Position numbers and translations under genes: made by a program. Shown here piece by piece: positions 21,059-33,462 of a stretch of DNA of 64,000 bases. A model generated the notes under the pieces. That model worked only from the letters and a program-made list of their open reading frames with translations, was not told where the DNA came from and did not search any database. This stretch comes from Salisapilia sapeloensis CBS 127946 (taxonomy: Eukaryota; Protista; Oomycota), in contig JAADVB010000045.1 in assembly GCA_023334545.1 (NCBI GenBank), positions 32,173-96,172 on the forward strand, in the 5' to 3' direction. Every line of letters starts with the position of its first letter. Position 1 is the first letter of the stretch.

Positions 21059-22581
21059 ATGCAGCCAGGAGGTAGCTCTCGACGCGTACATGTCGACTAC
21101 TAGAGCTAACGTTGCATGCACAAGTAGATCAGTTTCATCAGGTGAACCAAGGGTTCCGACCTCCACAGCAGAGGCAACGACCCATGCAGCCTCGACCGCA
21201 GCAGCCTCCGTTCCCACCGCAGCAGCCTGGCTATAGCCCATTCCAGCAGCAACAACAGCCTCCAGCGCCGCAATTCCACCATCGACAGCCGCAGCATAGT
21301 CCTCCCAACAATGACTTTTACTCGCCCTCTCCCCAAGAGGTTCCTTCTGTCCTATGTCATATACATCCTTGTGCTTACATCGTCTAGTTCCAGCAGGGCT
21401 ATCCGCCACAGCAAGGCTATCCGCCACAGCAGGCTCCTGGTCCATACGGCCAGCATCAGGGGTTCCAAGGACCTTCACCTCCGCGTAGCAACAACTCCCA
21501 GCAAGGCTATAACCAGCCGATGCAGCCTGACTTTATCAACCAGATCTCCCAGTACTATCCTCTTCTCTCCACTTCCTTCCTTCCAATACTCACTCTTGTC
21601 ACATAGGAACCCGATGGCTGGTCTAGCGATGAACCAAGCCCAGCAGTTCATCGACAACCAAAAGCAGCTATATCTACCTGGTGCCCAAGGCGTATGGGGT
21701 GGTCTCAAGTACTACTTCACAGTCAACAACAGCTACGTCAAGAGTCGACTTAAAGTATATTCGCATCATCCTATCTCTTCCTCTTTTCCTAACACCAGAG
21801 TAGATGCTCCTGCTTCCATTCTGGCATCGAGACTGGAGACGTATCAGCTCTTCGGAACAAGATGAAGCCAAATCCGTACGTCAATCCTCTTCCTCTCGCG
21901 ATAGAAACATCCTCATTGCCTTCCTAGAGTCGATACGCGCCTCCAACTCGAGACATCAACGCCCCGGACCTCTACATTCCACTCATGGGTTTCCTCACCT
22001 ATATCCTCATCGTTGGCTACAGCAAAGGCGCTTCCAACCAGTACATTCCTTCCTCCTCTCCTCTCCTCTTCTTCTCTTTCTCATTCAAATCAATAGATTC
22101 AGTCCAGATGTGATCGGGAAAGACGCGAGCTACTGCCTCGTGCTGCAGCTAGTAGAGATCGGCGTCTTGGCGTCCTGCCTCTACCTACTTAACAGCTCCA
22201 TCTCGTTCCTCGACCTCGCCTCCTTTTCCGGATACAAGTATGTTCCTCTGGTCGTGAACACGGTAGTCTTCCAGCTCCTAGGCTCTCTAGCCTACTACGC
22301 CTCTCTCCTCTACACTGGCGTCGCACTCTCCTTCTTCACCGTAAGACCCACTTGTCCACCTAGACAGACGATAAGCTAACACTCGACGTAGCTGAACTGC
22401 ATGAAAGGAAGCGCTCCGGAACCGACGCCCGAGACGAGAACCTTTCGCAACTATCTCCTATTCAGGTACACTCCCTCCCTCTCTCTTCTTTCTGATCGAG
22501 ACTGACAAGAAGCCTAGTGTGTCGTGCCTCCAACTCATCCTCGTGTCCTGGATCTCGTACACGACGGCGCCTCGAGAGTAA
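21059..22581 (+). CDS. YIF1: YIF1/Hrf1-family ER-Golgi membrane protein with P/Q-rich N-terminus, multi-exon
   Basis: LKYYFTVNNSYVKSRLK..LLLPF.H, RDINAPDLYIPLMGFLTYILI, FSPDVIG, LDLASFSGYKYV; start exon MQPG at 21059. Confidence 0.9.
21394..21429 (+). repeat. Two 18-nt tandem repeats encoding QGYPPQ
   Basis: cagggctatccgccacag followed by caaggctatccgccacag. Confidence 0.85.
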
Positions 22582-22692
22582 GCAACATGAACAAACGCAC
22601 CTGGTGTCCAACACCCTCGAGCTTCCATTCCATCCTCCTTGCTCTTCCATCGGAGCAAGTCGCACTGCTCTATGATACACTCGCTCTCGTAC

Positions 22693-23772
22693 CTAGGTCA
22701 TGACTGCCATAATCTCTTTCGTATCAAACCGAAACGTCGAACTCTCATTTGCTTTCGCAGACTCTCGTCGAAGCATCTGCACTGGCACCTCAGGACGTTT
22801 GCCAAAGTCATTCGGATTCCCATCGTACTCGAATTTCACACCTGTCAAACGCTCATTCACTTTGAACATCTCATCGACACTGAAACCTTTTGCGTCACCA
22901 AACGTCTCCGAGTTCACCACATCCGAAGACGTGAACGTCTCTGCCTCTGTCCCAAAGTGTCCTCTCGTCCTCCGTCCACTCTGCGGTGTCGATGCAGAGG
23001 ACGTCGGAGGTGTCTTCTTCGTCGGCGTGCTGTAAGCATCATTCTTCTTCTTTCGCTTCTCTGCCTTGCTCTTCTTCTGCTTGGTTAACCAACGACGGAC
23101 TCGTGCCATGAACGGCAGGACGCACCACGTCTTCTTCGGGAGATTGTCCACATCAAACCACTGGACGAGACTGATCTCCTTGCGTGTCTGTGGTGCAAAA
23201 GAAAAGTCCTCCGGCACACCTTTTGCGAGGAACATGCGCACACGCTGCTGCTTCTGCGCAAAGTCGAGGAAGAGACCGTCTTGGACATGGTCCTGGACGT
23301 CAAAGCCACATTCTTCCAAGACCTCTCGACGAGCACACTCGCGATCAGTCTCGCCTTCATTCACTTTTCCACGAGGAAAACTCCAGGACGTACCTCGCCA
23401 GTTCCGGACGAGCAAGACTTTGGTCCCCGCAGCATTCGCCATGATACAGCCGACGACCGGTACTTGGCTCTGATATGCCTTAAAGTCCGCGAAAAGGTCT
23501 TGGCAGCGAGGAGCTAGTGGCTGGAGGAGTGGACAGTGCGCAAACATTCGGTCGGCAAACTCTGGGAGACGCAAATGAGGCAAATGGCCGTGCTCATCGG
23601 CGTAAAAGTCTTCATAGAACCAATAGCACTGTTCGATTTGGAAGAAGAGACGGTCGCCAGAAGCAAATTCGGTAGCAGGGAGATTAACGAGGAAGCGACT
23701 CTGGAGTTCGTCCATCACTTCTTCGAGCGTAGGACCGGATACGGCCGTCGACTTCTTCTGGGAGCTCTTCAT
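22693..23772 (-). CDS. DCP2: mRNA decapping enzyme DCP2
   Basis: Box A ELQSRFLVNLP..RLFFQIEQCYWFYEDF; Nudix box FPRGKVNEGETDRECARREVLEECG. Confidence 0.95.
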   Translation of the reverse strand: MKSSQKKSTAVSGPTLEEVMDELQSRFLVNLPATEFASGDRLFFQIEQCYWFYEDFYADEHGHLPHLRLPEFADRMFAHCPLLQPLAPRCQDLFADFKAYQSQVPVVGCIMANAAGTKVLLVRNWRGTSWSFPRGKVNEGETDRECARREVLEECGFDVQDHVQDGLFLDFAQKQQRVRMFLAKGVPEDFSFAPQTRKEISLVQWFDVDNLPKKTWCVLPFMARVRRWLTKQKKSKAEKRKKKNDAYSTPTKKTPPTSSASTPQSGRRTRGHFGTEAETFTSSDVVNSETFGDAKGFSVDEMFKVNERLTGVKFEYDGNPNDFGKRPEVPVQMLRRESAKANESSTFRFDTKEIMAVMT

Positions 23773-24019
23773 GATCTTGGTACGTGGTGCGAGATTTTAG
23801 TATGGAAGAAGCTGGGAGAAAGTATGCTTCCGATCAAGTACGACTTCTATATTTACACCTGTAGAGGTTAAAAACACGCTTTTCTTATGATTTGTATTTA
23901 TAGAGTAGGGAGAATGTAGCCAGTAGGGTGTGTATCTTTCTAAAAACGTCGTGTCCCAGATTTTAAAGTCGTGAGACGGTACCTCTGCATCCTTCGGACT
24001 ACACGGAACGAAGGAAGAC

Positions 24020-25657
24020 ATGGCCGAGACGTCAACTTCACGTTCGTCTAAGCGCAAGTCTCGCTTCAGTGATGCACCAGAACATACGCCATCCAATACT
24101 TCTTCTACCAATACTTCCAACGATACCAATTATCCGAACAAAGCTGCCAAATTAGACCCAGCAGAGGCAGCCAAAGCTGCAGCGGCTAGACTACGATCGC
24201 AGACATCTGCACCGCCAAAGCAAGGCGATGCGCTTCAGACGCGCATGAGTCAGCTCACAAAGTCGGTGCAGGAGCAGCTGAACTCGATCAAGGGCATCCA
24301 ACGGCCGAATAAGTCGTTCCAGCCTGCTCCTCTTCTACTGGACGCCCAAGGTCGTCAGATCGATGAGCATGGGAATCCGATCGAGGACAAGTACAAGCCA
24401 AAGACAAAGAAGAACAAGGCAGCTAATCCCTACTTATCTCATCGTGTCGATGAACAGGATAAAGTCGACGGTCTAGATCCACGTCTAAAGCTCCCGAAGC
24501 GCGAGACGAGAGGCAAGAAGGGACTCCACTTTGTTAAGCAAGGCACATTCGTTAAACAAGGCGCAGAGGTGCGTGCAAAGGAAGCTCAAAAAGTCCTCGA
24601 CGGCTTCAAGTCTGGACGTAACCCTCGCGGCTATCACAAGGAAGAGATCGCTACAGTCGACGAGGAAGAGACGAAAGAACCAGCAGCTCCATCCGCCATC
24701 CAGGTCCCTCCGAAAGCTGATGCAGAGGATCCTACGCCCGAGATTGAATGGTGGGACGTCGATCTCTTACCAAAGGACCAGAAGCCTCATTTCGACCGCT
24801 TTGGACATGTCAAAGCGCAGAGTCGGAAGCAAAATCCCGACTGGCGCGTCGACTTGACCGACCTCAAGCTCAAGCACTGCGGCACGGCTCATTTGATCGA
24901 ACATCCGTCTCGAGTGAAGCTATATCGAAAGCAGGAGGAAGAGGTGGCGGTGCCTCTGATGCTGACGCCAGCCGAGCGGAAGAAGATGAATCGTCAGATC
25001 CGACTGGAACGAGAGAAGGAGAAGCAGAGTAATATCGCACTAGGTCTCCTCCCACCTCCAGAACCTAAAGTCAAGCTATCGAACATGATGCGTGTACTCT
25101 CTGAGCAAGCAGTCGCTGATCCATCGACCATTGAAAAGAAAGTAAGGGAGCAAATGGCGCAACGAGAGCAGAACCACGAGATGCGGAACCTCGCACGGAA
25201 ACTCACGCCGGAGGAACGACGAGAGAAGAAGCTGAGGAAGATAAAAGAGGATGCAGCCAAAGACATCCACGTAGCTGTCTTTAAAGTACCTGAACTAGAG
25301 AACCCGCAGCATAGGTTTAAAGTAGATGTAAATGCGCAGCAGCACCACTTGACTGGCGGCGCGTTGATCTGTAAGGATGCAGGGCTCAACCTCGTGGTGG
25401 TGGAAGGAGGTCCGAAGGCCGTGAGGAGCTATAAGAAGCTCATGATGCGTCGGATCAAGTGGAATGAGGAGGAGGAAGAGGAAGAGGAAGAGAAAGAAGG
25501 GAACGGATGCTTGCTGCTATGGGAAGGCATCGTCCATAAGCGTGCTTTTAATAACTTTCGCTTCCAAGAGTGCCGATCTCCCGCCACGGCGAGGAAGGTC
25601 ATGGCTGCGAAGGGAGTAGAGCAGTATTGGGATCTGTGTGAGAAAGCATCAATATAA
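24020..25657 (+). CDS. PRP3: U4/U6 snRNP protein Prp3
   Basis: PLLLDAQGR, PEIEWWD, IEHP, LMLTPAERKK, LPPPEPKVKLSNMMRVL, HRFKVDVNAQQHHLTG, VVEGGPKAV..YKKLMMRRIKW. Confidence 0.96.
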   Translation: MAETSTSRSSKRKSRFSDAPEHTPSNTSSTNTSNDTNYPNKAAKLDPAEAAKAAAARLRSQTSAPPKQGDALQTRMSQLTKSVQEQLNSIKGIQRPNKSFQPAPLLLDAQGRQIDEHGNPIEDKYKPKTKKNKAANPYLSHRVDEQDKVDGLDPRLKLPKRETRGKKGLHFVKQGTFVKQGAEVRAKEAQKVLDGFKSGRNPRGYHKEEIATVDEEETKEPAAPSAIQVPPKADAEDPTPEIEWWDVDLLPKDQKPHFDRFGHVKAQSRKQNPDWRVDLTDLKLKHCGTAHLIEHPSRVKLYRKQEEEVAVPLMLTPAERKKMNRQIRLEREKEKQSNIALGLLPPPEPKVKLSNMMRVLSEQAVADPSTIEKKVREQMAQREQNHEMRNLARKLTPEERREKKLRKIKEDAAKDIHVAVFKVPELENPQHRFKVDVNAQQHHLTGGALICKDAGLNLVVVEGGPKAVRSYKKLMMRRIKWNEEEEEEEEEKEGNGCLLLWEGIVHKRAFNNFRFQECRSPATARKVMAAKGVEQYWDLCEKASI

Positions 25658-25756
25658 GCACTTTTGCTAGTACATGTTCGTTTTCTTATACGAGACTATC
25701 CTTCCGTCGACAAGAGAGACAGGAACATCGACACTGGTCTAGAGGAGCATCTCGTC

Positions 25757-27846
25757 ATGGAAGAGACCGTCGAGACTGCTAGGAAGCAGGTGGACCGATC
25801 TCCGGAAGATCCCGAGGCGTATGTAGAGCTAGGGAAGGCGCTGCATGCTGCGGGACGTAGTGAAGATGCTGTCACGTGGTTTAAACGAGGTGATGTCGAT
25901 GTTGCTTCTTCCTACATCCACGATCAATAGCTGTGTTTCATAGGTTTGGAGAAGGCACCAGGGAACCAGGAGCTCGAGGCTGGACTTGGAGCTGCTCGCT
26001 TGACAGTGCTCGAAGCGCTGCTGGACGAGAGTGACGAGGACGAGGAGCCACCTCCGACAGCTACTAGGAAGAAGAGTAAACCACACTTACACCATCGTAC
26101 ATCTAGTGGAGTAGGCCCGCTCTTCCCATCTACAGAGGAGTCGGAAGCGTATACTCTCTTTCCATCGAAATCCACTTCGTCCACGGACGTCCAGCGCATT
26201 GAGAGCAAAGCACTCGCGACGACGCAGCACACGGAGCTGTCTGAATTCGATGAGCAGGTGAGTAAAATCTTTGAGCACTTGGATGTCCTCCAGCTCTTTC
26301 GACTCGGTGCAGTCCACTTGATCACCGAGATCGCTCGCGTACGCAAAGTCTCGCTCGGTCTCACTCTCTTTTCCCTCGGGCTCTTTGCCCATTGTGTTTC
26401 TCATCACCAAAAGCTCATGATATTATCTATGGTTCTCCTCTGTTTCTATCGTTCTACCCTCTGGGTTAAAGCCCACAAGTACGTCCATGCATGGGCTGCG
26501 ACGGCGGAAGACCGCTTTCACCTTTTAAAGTGGATCCCACGAGCCTTTGTCGCCGTCCCGATCGTCATGAAGATCGTGGGCGAAGTCAAGTTCACGCTCT
26601 TCCTCCTCCAAGACCATTCCTTGACCATCGTCGTCTCCTGCTGCACCGGTGGTCTCGTTGCCATGGCCATGCAGGCAGAAGACACGAGTGCTAGGAAGCG
26701 ATGGGCGAACGCCAAGCGCCTGAAAGTCGTCGCGTACGCAGTAACGATCCTGTACTGGGCCGTCCTCTGCGGCCACTGGGCAGACTGCTTCCGTCTGGTG
26801 GCGCCTGCACTCATGGACTCTGGGTCCATGGTCCTTGGCTCGCTCACATCGGATGAAGTGCGGGAGGTGTGTCGACAGGCATGGCTAGACCTATACAAAG
26901 ACGTGTGCGAAGGTATCCAGAAGGACGTGGATGTTGACGCTTGGTTTTTCCTAGGACTGAGTAACTGGGCGATCGAGTACTGGCAACAGCCCACGACTTT
27001 CTCCTTCTCCATGCTCCAGGCGATGCTCGTGGAAGGATTTGGTAACTTGGAGCAGATGACTGGCAACGTCCTTCGACCAGAGTTACGGCAGATGCGAAGG
27101 AAGATGCAGCACTTGGCACAGGACAGTAACTTTGCCTTGCTGGTAGAGTACATCAAGCAGACAGCGAACGCCGTGCCTCCGTCCAAGAAAGTTGGAACTA
27201 TCGGTACGATCTCTTCCATCTCTTGTCTGATGTAAAGACTAACGCTTAGGATACGGGCAGGTCTGGCAGCCAAGAAGTGTGCTTCTATGATCTCTTGTAC
27301 CATCACCTTGCTCCTGTTCGCCAAGTTACCACTGCCGTTACTTCCGTTTGCAGCACTGGAAGTCCAGGACGCCCAGTGGGTCTACCGCCTGCATACAGAA
27401 GGTGAGCTAGATAAGATGGACGATGGACTAGACATCCTCTTGCTCGGCTCTCCGATGGTACGCGTGTGGCTCAACATCAAGGCAGCGCTCTACTGCCTCG
27501 AAGCGAGCATTACGGTTGGGAAGGCTGTTAACACAGGTGCCAACATCGCCAGGAACGCTGGTCGACTAGGTCGACTCGCAGCGTTCGCAGCCAAAGTACG
27601 TAGCCAAGGGTTTGCACCGAATGCGCATGAAGTGCCAGAGCACATCACGAACGTTTTCTTAGCATCGAAAGACTCCAAGTATGTTTCTAGTTATATCTTT
27701 AAAGCATGATACTAATCGCTTGGACTAGTGCCATCGTGGAAGGAGTAAAGAGCGTAGTAGCGAGTCCACATCTCCAGGATGTGGCTCGGACGGTCGGATC
27801 GTGGTGGAAAGGCACCAAGCATCATGGTCCGCAGTCGACTAGCTAA
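25757..27846 (+). CDS. TPR-containing multi-pass membrane protein of unknown function, 4 exons
   Basis: N-terminal TPR-like PEDPEAYVELGKALHAAGRSEDAVTWFKRGLEKAPGN. Introns link the 429 aa and 140 aa ORFs; several hydrophobic segments. Confidence 0.65.
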
Positions 27847-27916
27847 ACTTTTACTTAATATAAAAACGACATGGACTATTAATATCTCCTTTTATCTTCT
27901 TCACGGACAAGTCGAT

Positions 27917-28586
27917 ATGTCTGCCAAGAAAGGAAAGAAGGGGAAGAAAGGAAAAGATGCCAAGACCAAAGGTACGTTTACTCATGCTAGATGACGTATT
28001 CCTGACATAATGTCGAGTGTCCACAGACGATGGTGCGGAGACTGGAGGACCTTTAACGCCAGAGGATCAGCTCAAGCTCTTTGCATCTGCAAACAAGTCG
28101 TTGCAGATGCAGCTAGCAGAACGTCAGGAGCTGACGATGCAGGCGATGGAGTCCAAGCGGGAGCTGCAGGGCAAGGTAGCGGATCTCCAACGAGACTTTG
28201 AACGTGAGCGGCAGGAGACTGTCGGCATCACACAGGACATGACGCGTCAGTACAAGAGTATGCAGGAAGAGCTGCTGAATCGTATAAGTACGTTGGAGAC
28301 AGCTAATAGCGACTTACGAGATCAATTGGAAGTTGGGCGTGTGCGGTATGAGGAGATGACAAAGGATAAGGACCGACAGCTTGCTGTGAAAGACGTTGAG
28401 ATCCAACGCCTGCAGGTCAAGATGGAGGAAATGGCAGTTGAGTTCGGTGACATGCTACGGGAGACGCTGGACAAGATGCGAGAGCGTATCGAGATCACGA
28501 GCACGAGCTTTGATAATGACGGAGGCATGCCCATGATGCGGAGGCTGGAGGAATTTAATCTAGGCACAACAACCGAGACCAAGTAA
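27917..28586 (+). CDS. CCDC153: CCDC153/DRC12-like flagellar coiled-coil protein, 2 exons
   Basis: MSAKKGKKGKKG start, then a coiled coil with DMTRQYKSMQEEL and MAVEFGDMLRETLDKM, matching the family pattern as I remember it. Confidence 0.7.
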
Positions 28587-28684
28587 ATATAAAACACGTT
28601 TCTTAGTAAGCTTATTACAGTCGTAAAAGGATGACTTTCAAACTGTTTGTGGTGAACTGTGGCAGTATACAGTCGTGACGTTAT

Positions 28685-29650
28685 TTAAATGGAGCTCAAG
28701 GTCGTGTACTCGACCTTTTGGTCGCCTAAGCACCACGTACACTGCCAATGGTGGACTGTATACGTCTTGTTCGTATACTTCCTATGCGGATACTTGTCTA
28801 CCCGAGCACAAGCTTCCTTTGCAGCCTTATCTTTCCTGCTTTTAGAGGTCTTTTGGAAAGCTGCTATGTTCCGTGTCGCTATCTCTGGGTAAAAGTGCCT
28901 TGACGGAAGCACATGCACACTCACGTTTATTTCCATGTCGTACATCTCCTTCACGACTCTCGGACCTGTAAAGGACACTAGGTCCAAGTTACCACATTTG
29001 TGCTTAAACTTGTGTGCGATGCGATCAAGGACGTGGATATAATACGCAAACTGCGTCTTGGACATCATGATGGCGTTACAGAGAGGAGTATCATGAGAGC
29101 TTCCAAACAAAATGTACACAAAAAGTTCCAGTGCTAGGAACGCGTTATAGAAGGATGAAAGCAAAGGACGGAAACTCTGGGCGGCTTCGACATCCACGTC
29201 GGCATAGACACCGCCAATGAGATGCAGCAAAGTATACTACGCCATGCCAGCGCGGGCGATTTTTCCAACGGGTGCTGCTACATTCAAGTGCTGAGAGTAG
29301 CCATACTCGAAGAAACATAAGCTGTCGACATCAGTCCAAAAGACGCACTGATGCGTCGGATGTCGTTTCATCTAGGACTGCATCCACGGCACCAGATGAG
29401 GAGGAATATTATCCGTCGACTTCCACGATTGATAAGTGATACATGAAAATCTGCTTCCCAAGCATAACAAATCATCCTGTTGATCTACCGTGAACATGAC
29501 GAATGTATCCGCTATCTCATCCATCGGATCATTTCGTAACGCCTGTAGATCGTTCCCTCGTGCGAACATCACAAGTAAGCTCACGGTGCATATAATCGTC
29601 AATGGACCTAGCATATACACCATTTGTCTCGTCCACCTTCCCGAACGCAT
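28685..29650 (-). pseudogene. GT32 (OCH1/SUR1-like mannosyltransferase) gene with two in-frame TAG stops
   Basis: One continuous frame: signal anchor, YQSWKS, WMQS*MKRHP..FWTD, RAGMA*YTLLHLIGGVYADVDVE, FTGP. Stops at 29374-29372 and 29239-29237. Confidence 0.75.
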
Positions 29651-29897
29651 CCTCCTCTTTCTTGGCTAGTAGCGCATCAAGTTGTTTCCATGTGGTCTGT
29701 ATCTCAATTACCAAATCTTCCATGGCTACTTTTGATATTACTCTTCCAAAGCCGAGCATCCTATGAATTCCGAGGTGAAGCTGAGAAAATAAATCACCAG
29801 GTGCTCCATCGGCCTCGCTCGACCGCACTCGTGCATCCCCACGTCCGTCCTCCATCTTGATCACGATCGTCGATCCACACTGGCGAACGAAAGCAAC

Positions 29898-31211
29898 ATG
29901 GCCGATCTCAAAGGTAGTATTAACAGTTTTACATGTCACCTCGGAGTACTGACCTAGTGCGCTTTGGCATTCGACTCTAGCGCCACCGCTCTCGGCGTTC
30001 TTCCGACCGGAGGAAGAGCACTTGGTTACGCAAGGCCTAGCTGACGTCAATGGCATCCCAATGTTCCACTCGCTCTATGAAGTCGGCGACCTTATCGGAC
30101 GGTACGTCCAGTCGACATTTATACCGCGATCATGTTTAAACCTCATCTAGCGGCGCCTTCTCCATGGTCTATTTGTGCCGGAGGAAGACGACGCAGCAGG
30201 TCTTTGCCGTCAAAGTCATTGACAAGCGTCTGTGCGTCAAGAAGAAGACATTGAGAGACGAAATTACCGTCCTCGCGCGTATTAAACACCCGAACATCAT
30301 CTCTCTCGAAGAAATCTACGAAGGTGACCAAGAGCTCCTACTCATCATGGAGAGGTACGCCCATCCAGTCCATCACACATTCAGAGTCTTATCTAGTAAC
30401 TAGAGTGACTGGGGGTGAGCTCTTCGACCGGATCGCACAAGTCGGCGTGTACTCGGAGCGTCAGGCAGCTGCGATCGTTGGCAACGTCCTCCAGGCGCTG
30501 CACTACCTTCACTCGTGCCACATCCTCCATCGAGACATTAAGCCAGAGAACATCTTGCTCGCATCTCATAACAGCACGGACGTCAAGCTAAGTGACTTTG
30601 GTATCGCCAAGATCATCGATGACGATGGAGAAGACTCGTTACGTCGAGGAAGAGCTTACACGAGCTGTGGGACGGACTATTACGTCGGTAGGATCTTTTA
30701 TCTATACTCCTAGTAGGTATATGCGTCGCTAAAGGGTATCGATAGCTCCTGAAGTGCTGAATGGCAATGGATACGACAGCAAAGTGGACCTCTGGAGCCT
30801 CGGCGTCGTCGTCTACATCATGTACGTCTCTAGTATATCAAGCAGCCACTCGTATCCTCATCCTGTACGTAGGCTCTGTGGCTTTCCGCCGTTCGTCGAG
30901 GACGAGACAGGCATGGACTCGGTCTACCTCAAGATCCGGTCGGGAGTCATCGAGTTCCCCCACCCGTACTGGACGAACATCTCAGACGCTGGTATCATCC
31001 TTGCTCTTTCTATTCCATCCAGACACTCACCCTCTGTCTAGCCAAGGACTTGATCTGCAATCTCTTAAACCTCGTTCCGACCGAGAGGTTCAGTGCGGCC
31101 GAAGCACTGGAACATCCATGGATCAAGGGTCAAGTGACTCCAAGTGAAGAGCCGCTGACGTCTGCGATTCATGAGATGAAGCGATTCAACTACAAGCGTC
31201 GTTTGAACTAA
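29898..31211 (+). CDS. CAMK-family Ser/Thr kinase (CaMK1-like), 7 exons
   Basis: IGRGAFSMV, FAVKVID, HPNII, TGGELFDRI, HRDIKPEN, SDFGIAK, CGTDYYVAPE, DLWSLGV, LCGFPPF. All six introns resolve as GT..TAG. Confidence 0.93.
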
Positions 31212-31363
31212 CTCGTGTCACGTTCCTCCCCACGTCTCCTTTTCTCTTTTTTCTTATGCATGTCCACATGGAGCAAGTAGGAACATGAGTTGTATAGATC
31301 AGACAAGGAAACAAATACAAATTGCACGTTGGAAAAGAAAGATTTGGTGGATATATGGGGGTC

Positions 31364-33420
31364 TTAGAGACTAGTAGCAAAGGTGATGAGCACGAGAGAC
31401 ACGCCAGAGAGTGTGAAGGTCAGGTAGAGCCAAGCAGAGCTCGAGAATGGACTGGCGTATGGATTGTGGACACGCAGCTCTCGCTTCTCCTTTGCGGCGA
31501 GACGCTCTTCGTCACGTAGACGCTGGCGGAGGGAGTAGACGAGGCATGCGGGGACGAGCCACTACAAGACACGTGAGTACGAGCTAGATAGGAGAGAAGG
31601 ACAAGAGGTACCTGGATGCCGAGACCGGCGTAGGAACCGGTGTACCCGACGAGCATGGACACGTCTTCAGTGAAGAAGGCGACTGTTAAAGGGGGCATGA
31701 TGGCAAATAGGGCGTATGAGTGTCGCTTGATGAACGCCAGGACGGAAGAGGAGCTGTAGGAACTGTCTACAGGAGCAGTGCCACGCCCGTGGATGTTGCT
31801 CGCCAACGTCTTCAAGTTCTCTCGGAGCGTAATGGCAATTAGAGGGAAGCTCGCACTAGATGGACAGAGTCAGGACGTCGCTAGTGATGCTGTAGAGATA
31901 GATACTACCTAAGGGTGCAGACGGGGAAGAGACTGAGAAAGTAGGCGACGGCACGCACTGGATACTGCTGAAAGTTGAGCGTATACACGTCCTACATGCA
32001 AGTTTCCATGAGTCTCCAGAAAGAACTACCGGGGTAGTACATATACCTCAATGTCCTTTGGCTGGAAGCGAAAGGTAGCAGAGTAGCAGAGCACCAAGTA
32101 GACAGCAAAGACCGCCTAGACAAGCATTAAGACACTACACATGAACCTTCATCCAAGTTTCCATACGGCAAAGGCATAGGCGATGACCGAGTTCACTTTG
32201 CTCTTGTCCGTAATAGGTGCCACGAGGCCAGGGACACTAGCATCACAAGAGCCTCAGCCTCGTTACGATCTATCTAGAGGAATGAAAGGTACCTGTGATG
32301 ACACATGAAAGAGTAGATGCAGGAACCAAAGAACAATGCGACACTTGAGGCGTGTTCATCCGCCACCACTTCCTTGACTGGTCGTCCATGTCCCTCGATA
32401 ATCCCCTTGAGAGCCAGGACGATCATAAGGGCAAAGGAAACGTGTCGAACGACAGTCGTCGCGAGCTGTAGTCCTCGTGTCTTTTGGACGTGACCGAACG
32501 TAAAGGGTCCGAGCAAGAGACCAAAGAGGATGACGAACAAACGATAGAGCTCGTTGCTCGTCAGATGCGATGAGCACTGCCATACAAGGTCTCCGGGAGA
32601 TGGACGAGGACATACGATCTCACGCATGGACTTGGGGACGGCTGTCAAGTAGCATACAGTCATCTACTCTGCTTGTACATGAGAAAGAAGAGATCTTACC
32701 GACGGCGTAGATGGCCAGGTCGCCGTACAGATACACGATGGTGCAGATGTAGAAGGCGATGGTTCCCTTCTGACTAAAGAGCAGCTGCGCCATCTGCGCT
32801 AGCTCCATCTAGTCCAGCCTATTGTTACTAGCCTACGACATAAAGAGAGACCTATCTAGGTACCTTTTTCGACAGATCAAAGTCCAGCGTATCGTCTCGT
32901 GCATCCACACGGTCCTCTGCACCTCTCTCCGTCTAGACATATGCCTAAGATACGTTCTGTTATACTTGAGAGAGAGATAGCTACCCGCTTGGAGGCAGAT
33001 GGCGCCTCTGCCTTCATCAACGGGATCACTTCCGTCCGTCTCTCCTCTGCTTCTCCTTCCTCATGCTCCTTGTCGCCGGTAAAGATCCCATCGTCTCGGT
33101 TTAACACCTCTCCATGTTCTATCTCCACATCCTGCGCTCGCTTCTGGAGTGCATTCGCCCCCGCGATGCACTCGACCATGAACGTCGCCGTCATGTAGCT
33201 CGTGACGGCCAATATCCCGAGCGCCAAGGTCGCGTAGATGACACCAAACTATCATACTCGATATCAATTCCTATTTGTCTTTATTCTCTTCCGACCGTCT
33301 TACATGGGAAAAGGCATGTGGGATCGTGAGTGCACCTGCCCCAACGATGAGGTTAAAGATAAAGACAAAGCCAGTCGTGGGCGAGTAGCTCCCAATCGGT
33401 CCATCCGGTCCGCCGGCCAT
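31364..33420 (-). CDS. TMEM104: TMEM104-like amino acid transporter-family protein, multi-exon
   Basis: YSPTTGFVFIFNLIVGAGALTIPHAF, IVYLYGDLAIYAV, GPFTFGHVQKT, YSFMCHH, VGYTGSYAGLGIQ. Confidence 0.85.
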
Positions 33421-33462
33421 TCTCGCACGTGTTGATTAAAAGTACTGTGAAGAGACGTGCCA

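Noticed and set aside
29529-30056. 175-aa minus-strand ORF
   Set aside because: Spans the GT32 5' end, the promoter gap and CaMK exons; no motifs; probably spurious.
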